Source: Balanoglossus misakiensis
Lineage: Eukaryota > Animalia > Hemichordata
DNA length: 64,000 bases
Direction of reading: 5' to 3'
Assembly (NCBI GenBank): GCA_040954595.2
Contig: CM082582.2
Coordinates: 13,698,054 to 13,762,053 of the forward strand
Shown here: positions 50,406-62,300 of the stretch, piece by piece
Layout: each line of letters opens with the position of its first letter
Numbering within the stretch: position 1 is the stretch's first letter
Program-made: the position numbers and the translations under genes
The notes under the pieces: model-generated
The model's database searches: none
What the model was told of the DNA's origin: nothing
What the model saw: the letters and a program-made list of their open reading frames with translations, nothing else

Positions 50406-51008
50406 GTAAGATACATGGCAACGTCTCCAGAATATCCTAGTCACCAACGGCAACAAGAAGTCCTGGCTCAACAAAGACAGAACATTATGAGTCGAACTTC
50501 TGAGACCGAGGACTTTCCTGCCACGATAACATTGTTGGATGAGGACGACCCACCACATCATAGTAACATAAGTTTACATTTGCATAATGATGATGAAATT
50601 TACCGAGAGGGTATTCGTGCACCTCCAAATAGGATTGCGTATGAGAGTGAAATAAACAACATTTTAACTTATCAAGAGCAACAACAAAAATATCAAGGTT
50701 TCACATCGTCAAGAGCACATTCATTGGAACGACAAAGGCTTATTATAGACAGCAAAACAAGAGCTCCTGTATCAATTGTAGATTCTGATCTGGAAGAACC
50801 ACCGCCATATTCAAGTACTGGAGGACCGGCAATGAACAATAATTTGCCTGCAGAGCAGGACATGCAAGAGGCTCCGCCGGCGTACTCGGACGTTGTGACA
50901 AACAGCTGTAGTAGCAGTAGCAGTGCCGGCAACAGTAGTAGTAGTTCAAGGCCATATCAAAACAGACACGCAAATGGAACAAAGTTAGAGAGCAGTGACA
51001 AGGTATGA
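50406..51008 (+). CDS. LDLRAD4: PMEPA1/LDLRAD4-family gene, last coding exon: cytoplasmic tail with Smad-interaction motif PPNR and PY motifs
   Basis: Acceptor CTTTTTCTAACAG in phase 0, extending ORF 50415..51008. YREGIRAPPNRIAYESEI aligns with recalled PMEPA1 NRESVRAPPNRTIFDSDL. PPPY is at 50799-50810. MQEAPPAYSDV aligns with MEGPPPTYSEV. The symbol denotes a co-orthologue of LDLRAD4 and PMEPA1. Confidence 0.88.
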   Translation, partial: VRYMATSPEYPSHQRQQEVLAQQRQNIMSRTSETEDFPATITLLDEDDPPHHSNISLHLHNDDEIYREGIRAPPNRIAYESEINNILTYQEQQQKYQGFTSSRAHSLERQRLIIDSKTRAPVSIVDSDLEEPPPYSSTGGPAMNNNLPAEQDMQEAPPAYSDVVTNSCSSSSSAGNSSSSSRPYQNRHANGTKLESSDKV

Positions 51009-53069
51009 CATGGAATAACAGGTTTCCACTCAACCACTGCGATTCTTAACAACCAAAGGATTTTCAAACCATACCAGTGTCTGGTGCTATGCTTGTAGTC
51101 TGCAGAAAGGAGTCTACCAATACAGTAACAATGACAAACAAGCATAAACAAATAAATATAAAACACAGAGATTGAAACATTTTTTTACATGTCAAACATG
51201 TGTATGAAATTGCTCAGTAGTTTTCAAAACTATAAAAAAGAATATTTACCATTAACTATGCTTATATTATGGAATACAAAACAAAAACAAAAAAAAACCA
51301 AACAAGAATGTTACATACTTGAACCTATCTGCTTGTGTTAGACTGCAGTCAAGCAAAGCTGAGTGCCTTCATTGCTAGAACTGTCTTCATCATGTCACAT
51401 CTTTCTTTGTTTGTTTTCATCATGACGACTCAGAAAAGATAAAACAAAAACAAACACAGTTTGTATTTACAAACCCAAGTCAGTATTTATATCAAATCAA
51501 TATCACTACATCTCTTCTCCATAAAAACATTTCAATCATGGTCATTGCTTCAATCCAGTCCCCAAAATATGCCAGTGCATTATTGATTGACAATGAAATT
51601 GTACCAAATTGTAGAATAGTATCTGTCACAAGTATTCACTCTTTTGCAATCCCAGAAATCTGTAATAAATCCAGTTTTCTGTTATAACTTTCTTCGCTAG
51701 TTTGAATAAGTTGCTGAATCTTAAATCTTGAATCAAAGCCACTGAAAACAAAAGTCATTTTATTGCTGAGGCAAATTCATAAAAACAGGTGTAAGCTGGT
51801 CAAAGTTGTAAGTCATGCAGTAGTACCCAACCCACCCCTCTTCAAGTATGTATTGGTCTTACCCTACCATTGATAGTAATGGTTTGGACCAAACTTAATT
51901 TTGCCAACAAATTGAAGAGTTATCAGAACATTTGTTATTGTGTGCAACTTGTAACCATGTCTAATCAGTGGTGAACCAGTGCTGTGCAAGTGGCAATGAC
52001 AGATGCTGTGATTGTATTTTGTAATCTTATAAAAGAGACAAGACTCTAAAATCTAATCAAACTGGTTAGATATGGGTAGTTGGAATAGTCAGGTACAGAA
52101 AAGTTATAATTTATTGTATAGAATCCTTGAATGCACTGGTGATCAACTGGAGAACTAACCTGGTGACCATTAGCCCTTGTGTAAAGACAGATGAGCTTTC
52201 TCTTCGTAATGGATAATTTAAGACTTTCTTAAGTGGGAGATTATGATATTCTAATCCCATCTCAAGATTTAATCTCTGAGAGGACGTGAGCGAGCCACCA
52301 AATTGATTTCAATTGGTGACTGAAACTGACCTGGCAACTTTAAACCCCATATAGGTTTTAAAAAAATACCTTAAGAATGGAAATCTCAATATCAGAATTA
52401 ACCATCAGAGTTGTAGCATACACATATCTCAAATGTCTGTTACTATTGGCAACCGGTGAAATACGGTGACTCTAGTTTGGCTCACCTTTTCCGATTTGAG
52501 ATACTCAATTTCTCTTCTGCTTAGAGTTCATACTGGATACTTTTGGTACAGTGGGATTTGATCCTCTAGAGTTCATTATTTTTGTAAGATTCTGTGAGAT
52601 TTGATCAGAAGTCGTCATGCTGGTAGCAAACACTGGCAACGTAACAAATCTGTTGTTTTTTACTCATTTTAAAGTCAGTCTCAAGACTTGACAGTGTCTT
52701 TACTTTTCTCTTACCAGTTGTTTTCCCCATTGGGGAGAAAATATGACACACATACTCACACATACACGCACTAGAAAAATCATATTTACACACCAACACA
52801 TCAGCATGTGAATATGTAAGAAGGAAACAACCGCAGAATAACATAAGCACAACCAATTTTGTTACAAAACAGCATTGAGAAAGTAAATTGGGGAAAGAAA
52901 AACTAAACTGACTGGCCAACTAATGCAGTTTTTTCCAGTTGATGTGTGGTGCTAAGCTCAAAAAGCGAACAAATTTTGTACAGTATATAAAAATATATAT
53001 ATAACCATCACCATCATCGTCATTGTAATCATCTACAATTTATCTTATACTCTGTTTTGATCTGTTAAA

Positions 53070-53170
53070 CCCTTTCACCACCACGGTATGATCCAAATCC
53101 ATTGTTTTCTATGATAAAGTCAGGCATCTGCATAGCCTAGGGAATTGGGGGGGTTGGGTGGATGACAGGG
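53070..53170 (+). mobile_element. Degenerate copy of the piggyBac-like mini-MITE
   Basis: ccctttcaccaccacggtatgatccaaatccattgttttctatgataaagt...gacaggg. Confidence 0.7.
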
Positions 53171-54083
53171 TTCAACAGAGCTGTGATCTTGTTAGGGAGG
53201 TGTAATGGGAGTGGCAGTACGCAGAGCAAGGGTCAAAGGTTACAGACATCCACGTTTATACTTTATTCCAGATGGACAACAATAGGCATATAACTAAGTT
53301 GTGAGAAGTGAAAAGACTAGTTTGATAAAAACTATGCACAGTTGAAACGGATGAACTTTGGCTTTCCTTTCACCTTATCCACAATGAAATGTTGACCTAA
53401 ATTTATTCCTCAAATGCGTTCATGATCATCTTGATGAATGATCTGATTTGAAATCATCTGGTTGATTGATTGGTTGTGTCAGTATTACACAGATATATGG
53501 ACTATAAATCAGTATTCTACTATATCCAACGACTCCTTGTTTTGAGGTTGTATTATAAAGTAGTAGTGATTTTTAAAACAACCTAGTCCTCACAAACCAT
53601 TCGGGATATTCAACTATTATAAATAAAGTAAATATTGCCAAGCTGTTTCACTAAATTTGTCAAGCCAAATGCATTTGTAGTAACATTTATTCCTTAAAGA
53701 CGGCAAGATTTATTCTTGTACTGTCCAATGTTTTTTTTACATTGAAACAAAGCTTTCTAGGATTTTTTAAATCAGAATTTGGATCTTTATTGTGAAGAAA
53801 AAAGATGTCACCCACAAATGTTAATCTGTAGATGTGCTTCTATCACTGCCTCTTCCATACGCCTGCCTGACAGCAAAAGTCTATCAAATTTGTGTACAGC
53901 AAAGTGTTCAATGTAGGGGTGGTCCAGCAAAGCTGGTGCCATCCAATGTGTAGTTGTGGATGATGGTTACATGTAGTTTTGGACTTAGGAGCATTGTAAT
54001 TGGTTATTTGTAACACATGCCTACAAAGAATACTTAGATTTGATGAACTTTATGATCCACATACAAAGAACAGGTTTAATAGG

Positions 54084-54112
54084 CACACACACACACACAC
54101 ACACAAACACAC
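54084..54112 (+). repeat. (CA)n microsatellite
   Basis: Directly visible. Confidence 0.9.
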
Positions 54113-55193
54113 AATCAATGATATTCATATATGACCATGTGAGAGAGTACATGCAAATTCCTGTGTATAGCTTGATTCATGCAGGGAAGCAACTGTGAGT
54201 GGGCATTATTTTGGTTAGTTGCTTTGTTTACCATATAAACTTGATGATCACATATACACACAATGATGGTAGAAATTCTAGATTCCATGATTTATTTATC
54301 CAGCGAAATATTTAAGGTTTTCAGGTGCAAATGGGAACGTGAAAGTCCTACATTCTGGAAAAGCCATCCTGTGGTAACAGTGCCCTCAACGTCCTGAATC
54401 TTGTATCTTTTCTTTTATACTAAATTATACCAAAGATACTGTAGTCATTTCCTTGTGGACTTGGCCATATTCCGAGTTTATGTTCTTTGTAATTAGTATT
54501 TATTATTCAGTTTTGGATCAGAAAAATTCAACACTTTGGTTAAATTTTTCATTGGTCATGTATATATTCATCTTTGTAAAATTCTACACTGAGATGATGT
54601 GTCTTGTCATGTAAAATACTTTGGTCTTTATTTCCAATATGTGTTTTGAATTAACATTTCAGTAAACAGCATGGTCACTTAGTGACACTTTTGATGTTAA
54701 CTCCGGTGTACAGAAATAATCAAAATCCCATAGAATGTTTTTTTTTTGTCATCATTCTGCATTTGCTATCAGTGGGAGTGAGATGTTACACTATTGTCAC
54801 TGTTATTGATATTATTGTTTAAAATTCTTTCAAACACATGGAATGCTGTATTATTATTTCTATATTATTGTTGACAACGGCCAGTGAAAAAGAATTGTCA
54901 ATTTGTTAAAACTGTCATTGTCTATCTATATCTTGGTGAATATTTTTTCTTTTCTTTTCCGTTGACTAGTCCTTACAACATAAACTTTGGTAGACTAGAG
55001 GTTTATTTTCTGGAATATAGAGTACAAAAAAGATCACCCAAACTGTTAAATAGGTGGTCATGAAGTTAGACATTTAAAAAGCAAAAAATATTTGTAGCCA
55101 TAAAATTTACAGAAAAATGAAAATGTCCACATTGATGTGAATGTATGTTGACCACAAGATGGCTTTTTTGATAATTGACCACTGGCTCAGTCT

Positions 55194-55288
55194 TTAACCC
55201 TTTTGCCACCATGGTTTGGTCCAAATCCATTGTTTTTTTTATAGTAAAGTTGGACCTCTATTGAAGGAAATGGGGGTGAAAGGGTTAA
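55194..55288 (+). mobile_element. Intact piggyBac-like mini-MITE (87 bp, 55198-55284) with TTAA target-site duplication
   Basis: TTAA-CCCTTT...GGGGGTGAAAGGG-TTAA. TTAA TSD plus CCCT/AGGG termini are piggyBac hallmarks. Confidence 0.85.
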
Positions 55289-56253
55289 CATTGCAGTATT
55301 AGTTTTCTTCTCATGTGAAAAGAAAAAAACGCCAATATTTTTCAACCAAGGAAGTGACCCTTGAATATCACATGCTGTATATGAGCTTAATCAGCTAGAT
55401 AACAATGCTCATCTCACAAAGTGAAAATGCCATGCCGAAGAAAAAAAATCACAAAAGCAAAAAAAAGAAAATGTACAAAACATAAAAATACCACATATTA
55501 CAAATATGTGGTGTTTGTGATGGGCTTATTTTGAAGGGGGGAGTCAATGCAATATTTAGCAATATATCTGTAGATACTTAGAATACACCACTGAAAGTGG
55601 ATTTTAACAGCAAAACAATACTTATTTGCCAATGTTCTGTTTATGTGTTTGAGACAGGCACTTTTTTTCAGTTGACTCTCATTTTTTTACAGCTTTGACT
55701 GTCATGCCATGCCATCCCTAAACAATGCCACTCCAAAATTAATACCGATCTGATTACACATCATAGAAGACAACAAGTTTGAAGTTTGAGCTGTTCCACC
55801 ATTTCCCATGACTACAAGTACTTAAACATTTATACATTTCAAAGTAGTTGGTACAAGACTATCTGTTTTGTACAGCAAATTTACCATGTTACAAAACAAA
55901 TTTTGAGAGCTATGTACATAGACCTGCTTTGAAATTAATTTAAATTTAGGAGAAAGTCCACTTATACAGGCTTCATTAAATGATTGATTTCTACTCCTTA
56001 CTCATGTAGACATGTTTCCTGTTTAGCTATTTACAGGGAAACACCACAGTGAGGGTTGGAGTCTAAAATGTGAATGGACATAGGAATTTGGCACTTTGCC
56101 AGCATCATGAACAACATTAAGAAGACAAAGAACAGGGAAAAATATTGCATATTTCACAATTTTTGCATTGTGTTTGTTTTTAAAATGAAAACAGAAAAAC
56201 TACTGTTTATGTGTGCAATTGTGAGGTACTATTGTGAGTACAGAACAGCTTAA

Positions 56254-56310
56254 AATAAAGAGCAACACTCATTTATAAAATTGACAACAATGTGTCGTCT
56301 TTTCCTTCTG
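56254..56310 (+). terminator. Candidate distal polyadenylation site (AATAAA plus downstream GU/U-rich element)
   Basis: AATAAA at 56254-56259 followed by tgtgtcgtcttttccttct about 30 nt downstream. A proximal AATAAA also exists at 51151-51156. Confidence 0.35.
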
Positions 56311-56329
56311 CAAACACAAACACATGATT

Positions 56330-59300
56330 TCAAAGTCGAAAAATTGTCCTTTTTGGATGATTTTCATGAGCTACAACCCATGATTTTTTTCAAAAAATGG
56401 AGAAATTTTCAAATTTCGGAAAGTCGAAAAATCGCCATTTTTGGATGATTTTCATGTGCTATAACCCATGATTTTTTTTCAAAAAAAATGAAGAAATTTT
56501 GAAATTTCGGAAAGTCGAAAAATGTGATTTTCATGAGCTATATAGAACCCATGATTTTTTTCAAAAAAGGAAGAAATTTTGAAAATTCGCAAAGTCGAAA
56601 AATCGTCGATTTTGGAAGATTTTCACGAGCTATAACCCATGGTTTTTATCAAGAAATGACCAAATTTTGAAAATTCGCAAAGTCGAAAAATCGTCGATTT
56701 TGGAAGATTTTCATGAGCTATAAACCCATGGCGATTTTGGAAGATTTTCATGAGCTATAAACCATGGCGATTTTGGAAGATTTTCATGAGCTATAAACCA
56801 TGGTTTTTATCAAGAAATGACCAAATTTCGAAAATTCGCAAAGTCGAAAAATCGTCGATTTTGGAAGATTTTCATGAGCTATAAACCCATGGCGATTTTG
56901 GAAGATTTTCATGAGCTATAAACCATGGTTTTTATCAAGAAATGACCAAATTTCGAAAATTCGCAAAGTCGAAAAATCGTCGATTTTGGAAGATTTTCAT
57001 GAGCTATAAACCCATGGCGATTTTGGAAGATTTTCATGAGCTATAAACCATGGTTTTTATCAAGAAATGACCAAATTTCGAAAATTCGCAAAGTCGAAAA
57101 ATCGTCAATTTTGGAAGGTTTTCATGGGCTATAACCCATGGTTTTTATCAAGAAATGACCAAATTTCGAAAATTCGCAAAGTCGAAAAATCGTCGATTTT
57201 GGAAGATTTTCATGGGCTATAACCCATGGTTTTTATCAAGAAATGACCAAATTTTGAAAATTCGCAAAGTCGAAAAATCGTCGATTTTGGAAGATTTTCA
57301 TGAGCTATAACCCATGGTTTTTATCAAGAAATGACCAAATTTCGAAAATTCGCAAAGTCGAAAAATCGTCGATTTTGGAAGATTTTCATGAGCTATAACC
57401 CATGGTTTTTATCAAGAAATGACCAAATTTCGAAAATTCGCAAAGTCGAAAAATCGTCGATTTTGGAAGATTTTCATGGGCTATAACCCATGGTTTTTAT
57501 CAAGAAATGACCAAATTTTGAAAATTCGCAAAGTCGAAAAATCGTCGATTTTGGAAGATTTTCATGGGCTATAACCCATGGTTTTTATCAAGAAATGACC
57601 AAATTTTGAAAATTCGCAAAGTCGAAAAATCGTCGATTTTGGAAGATTTTCATGAGCTATAACCCATGGTTTTTATCAAGAAATGACCAAATTTCGAAAA
57701 TTCGCAAAGTCGAAAAATCGTCGATTTTGGAAGATTTTCATGAGCTATAACCCTTTGGTTTTTATCAAGAAATGACCAAATTTCGAAAATTCGCAAAGTC
57801 GAAAAATCGTCGATTTTGGAAGATTTTCATGAGCTATAACCCATGGTTTTTATCAAGAAATGACCAAATTTCGAAAATTCGCAAAGTCGAAAAATCGTCG
57901 ATTTTGGAAGATTTTCATGAGCTATAACCCATGGTTTTTATCAAGAAATGACCAAATTTAGAAAATTCGCAAAGTTGAAAAATCGTCGATTTTGGAAGAT
58001 TTTCATGAGCTATAACCCATGGTTTTTATCAAGAAATGACCAAATTTCGAAAATTAGCAAAGTCGAAAAATCGTCGATTTTGGAAGATTTTCATGAGCTA
58101 TAACCCATGGTTTTTATCAAGAAATGACCAAATTTCGAAAATTCGCAAAGTCGAAAAATCGTCGATTTTGGAAGATTTTCATGAGCTATAACCCATGGTT
58201 TTTATCAAGAAATGACCAAATTTCGAAAATTCGCAAAGTCGAAAAATCGTCGATTTTGGAAGATTTTCATGAGCTATAACCCATGGTTTTTATCAAGAAA
58301 TGACCAAATTTTGAAAATTCGCAAAGTCGAAAAATCGTCGATTTTGGAACATTTTCCTGAGCTATAACCCATGGTTTTTTCAAAAAATGACCAAATTTTG
58401 ATAATTCGCAAAGTCGAAAAATCGTCGATTTTGGAAGATTTTCCTGAGCTATAAGCCATGGTTTTTTCAAAAAATGACCAAATTTTGAAAATTCGGAAAG
58501 TCGAAAAATCGTCGATTTTTGAACATTTTCCTGAGCTATAACCCATGGTTTTTTTCAAAAAATGACCAAATTTTGAAAATTCGCAAAGTCGAAAAATCGT
58601 CGATTTTTGAACATTTTCCTGAGCTATAACCCATGGTTTTTTCAAAAAATGACCAAATTTTGAAAATTCGCAAAGTCGAAAAATCGTCGATTTCTGAACA
58701 TTTTCCTGAGCTATAACCCATGGTTTTTTTCAAAAAATTACCAAATTTTGAAAATTCGCAAAGTCGAAAAATCGTCGATTTCTGAACATTTTCCTGAGCT
58801 ATAACCCATGGTTTTTTTCAAAAAATTACCAAATTTTGAAAATTCGCAAAGTCGAAAAATCGTCGATTTTTTGAACATTTTCCTGAGCTATAACCCATGG
58901 TTTTTTCAAAAAATGACCAAATTTTGAAAATTCGCAAAGTCGAAAAATCGTCGATTTTTGAACATTTTCCTGAGCTATAACCCATGGTTTTTTCAAAAAA
59001 TGACCAAATTTTGAAAATTCGCAAAGTCGAAAAATCGTCGATTTTTGAACATTTTCCTGAGCTATAACCCATGGTTTTTTCAAAAAATGACCAAATTTTG
59101 AAAATTCGCAAAGTCGAAAAATCGTCGATTTTTGAACATTTTCCTGAGCTATAACCCATGGTTTTTTCAAAAAATGACCAAATTTTGAAAATTCGCAAAG
59201 TCGAAAAATCGTCGATTTTTGAACATTTTCCTGAGCTATAACCCATGGTTTTTTCAAAAAATGACCAAATTTTGAAAATTCGCAAAGTCGAAAAATCGTC

Positions 59301-62300
59301 GATTTTTGAACATTTTCCTGAGCTATAACCCATGGTTTTTTCAAAAAATGACCAAATTTTGAAAATTCGCAAAGTCGAAAAATCGTCGATTTTTGAACAT
59401 TTTCCTGAGCTATAACCCATGGTTTTTTAAAAAAATGACCAAATTTTGAAAATTCGCAAAGTCGAAAAATCGTCGATTTTTGAACATTTTCCTGAGCTAT
59501 AACCCATGGTTTTTTCAAAAAATGACCAAATTTTGAAAATTCGCAAAGTCGAAAAATCGTCGATTTTTGAACATTTTCCTGAGCAATAACCCATGGTTTT
59601 TTCAAAAAATGACCAAATTTTGAAAATTCGCAAAGTCGAAAAATCGTCGATTTTTGAACATTTTCCTGAGCTATAACCCATGGTTTTTTCAAAAAATGAC
59701 CAAATTTTGAAAATTCGCAAAGTCGAAAAATCGTCGATTTTTGAACATTTTCCTGAGCTATAACCCATGGTTTTTTCAAAAAATGACCAAATTTTGAAAA
59801 TTCGCAAAGTCGAAAAATCGTCGATTTTTGAACATTTTCCTGAGCTATAACCCATGGTTTTTTCAAAAAATGACCAAATTTTGAAAATTCGCAAAGTCGA
59901 AAAATCGTCGATTTTTGAACATTTTCCTGAGCTATAACCCATGGTTTTTTTCAAAAAATGACCAAATTTTGAAAATTCGCAAAGTCGAAAAATCGTCGAT
60001 TTTTGAACATTTTCCTGAGCTATAACCCATGGTTTTTTCAAAAAATGACCAAATTTTGAAAATTCGCAAAGTCGAAAAATCGTCGATTTTTGAACATTTT
60101 CCTGAGCTATAACCCATGGTTTTTTCAAAAAATGACCAAATTTTGAAAATTCGCAAAGTCGAAAAATCGTCGATTTTTGAACATTTTCCTGAGCTATAAC
60201 CCATGGTTTTTTCAAAAAATGACCAAATTTTGAAAATTCGCAAAGTCGAAAAATCGTCGATTTTTGAACATTTTCCTGAGCTATAACCCATGGTTTTTTC
60301 AAAAAATGACCAAATTTTGAAAATTCGCAAAGTCGAAAATCGCCGATTTTTGAACATTTTCCTGAGCTATAACCCATGTTTTTTTCAAAAAATGACCAAA
60401 TTTTGAAAATTCGCAAAGTCGAAAAATCGCCGATTTTTGAACATTTTCCTGAGCTATAACCCATGGTTTTTTCAAAAAATGACCAAATTTTGAAAATTCG
60501 CAAAGTCGAAAAATCGTCGATTTTTGAACATTTTCCTGAGCTATAACCCATGGTTTTTTCAAAAAATGACCAAATTTTGAAAATTCGCAAAGTCGAAAAA
60601 TCGTCGATTTTTGAACATTTTCCTGAGCTATAACCCATGGTTTTTTCAAAAAATGACCAAATTTTGAAAATTCGCAAAGTCGAAAAATCGCCGATTTTTG
60701 AACATTTTCCTGAGCTATAACCCATGTTTTTTCAAAAAATGACCAAATTTTGAAAATTCGCAAAGTCGAAAAATCGTCGATTTTTGAACATTTTCCTGAG
60801 CTATAACCCATGGTTTTTTCAAAAAATGACCAAATTTTGAAAATTCGCAAAGTCGAAAAATCGTCGATTTTTGAACATTTTCCTGAGCTATAACCCATGG
60901 TTTTTTCAAAAAATGACCAAATTTTGAAAATTCGCAAAGTCGAAAAATCGTCGATTTTTGAACATTTTCCTGAGCTATAACCCATGGTTTTTTCAAAAAA
61001 TGACCAAATTTTGAAAATTCGCAAAGTCGAAAAATCGTCGATTTTGAACATTTTCCTGAGCTATAACCCATGGTTTTTTCAAAAAATGACCAAATTTTGA
61101 AAATTCGCAAAGTCGAAAAATCGTCGATTTTTGAACATTTTCCTGAGCTATAACCCATGGTTTTTTCAAAAAATGACCAAATTTTGAAAATTCGCAAAGT
61201 CGAAAAATCGTCGATTTTTGAACATTTTCCTGAGCTATAACCCATGGTTTTTTCAAAAAATGACCAAATTTTGAAAATTCGCAAAGTCGAAAAATCGTCG
61301 ATTTTTGAACATTTTCCTGAGCTATAACCCATGGTTTTTTCAAAAAATGACCAAATTTTGAAAATTCGCAAAGTCGAAAAATCGTCGATTTTTGAACATT
61401 TTCCTGAGCTATAACCCATGGTTTTTTCAAAAAATGACCAAATTTTGAAAATTCGCAAAGTCGAAAAATCGTCGATTTTTGAACATTTTCCTGAGCTATA
61501 ACCCATGGTTTTTTCAAAAAATGACCAAATTTTGAAAATTCGCAAAGTCGAAAAATCGTCGATTTTGAACATTTTCCTGAGCTATAACCCATGGTTTTTT
61601 CAAAAAATGACCAAATTTTGAAAATTCGCAAAGTCGAAAAATCGTCGATTTTTGAACATTTTCCTGAGCTATAACCCATGGTTTTTTCAAAAAATGACCA
61701 AATTTTGAAAATTCGCAAAGTCGAAAAATCGTCGATTTTTGAACATTTTCCTGAGCTATAACCCATGGTTTTTTCAAAAAATGACCAAATTTTGAAAATT
61801 CGCAAAGTCGAAAAATCGTCGATTTTTGAACATTTTCCTGAGCTATAACCCATGGTTTTTCAAAAAATGACCAAATTTTGAAAATTCGCAAAGTCGAAAA
61901 ATCGTCGATTTTTGAACATTTTCCTGAGCTATAACCCATGGTTTTTTCAAAAAATGACCAAATTTTGAAAATTCGCAAAGTCGAAAAATCGTCGATTTTT
62001 GAACATTTTCCTGAGCTATAACCCATGGTTTTTTCAAAAAATGACCAAATTTTGAAAATTCGCAAAGTCGAAAAATCGTCGATTTTTGAACATTTTCCTG
62101 AGCTATAACCCATGGTTTTTTCAAAAAATGACCAAATTTTGAAAATTCGCAAAGTCGAAAAATCGTCGATTTTTGAACATTTTCCTGAGCTATAACCCAT
62201 GGTTTTTTCAAAAAATGACCAAATTTTGAAAATTCGCAAAGTCGAAAAATCGTCGATTTTGAACATTTTCCTGAGCTATAACCCATGGTTTTTTCAAAAA

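Noticed and set aside
50994-51008. C-terminal SDKV as a PDZ-binding motif
   Set aside because: It lacks S/T at position -2 for class I, and a class III match alone is too weak to report.
50693-51166. Antisense ORFs over the last exon
   Set aside because: Shadow ORFs of the real plus-strand coding exon.
55198-55284. Mini-MITE has the same length (87 bp) as the satellite monomer and shares CCATGGTTT...CCAAAT
   Set aside because: Similarity is confined to two short words in AT-rich DNA and the rest does not align by eye. A MITE origin for the satellite is not supported without a formal alignment.
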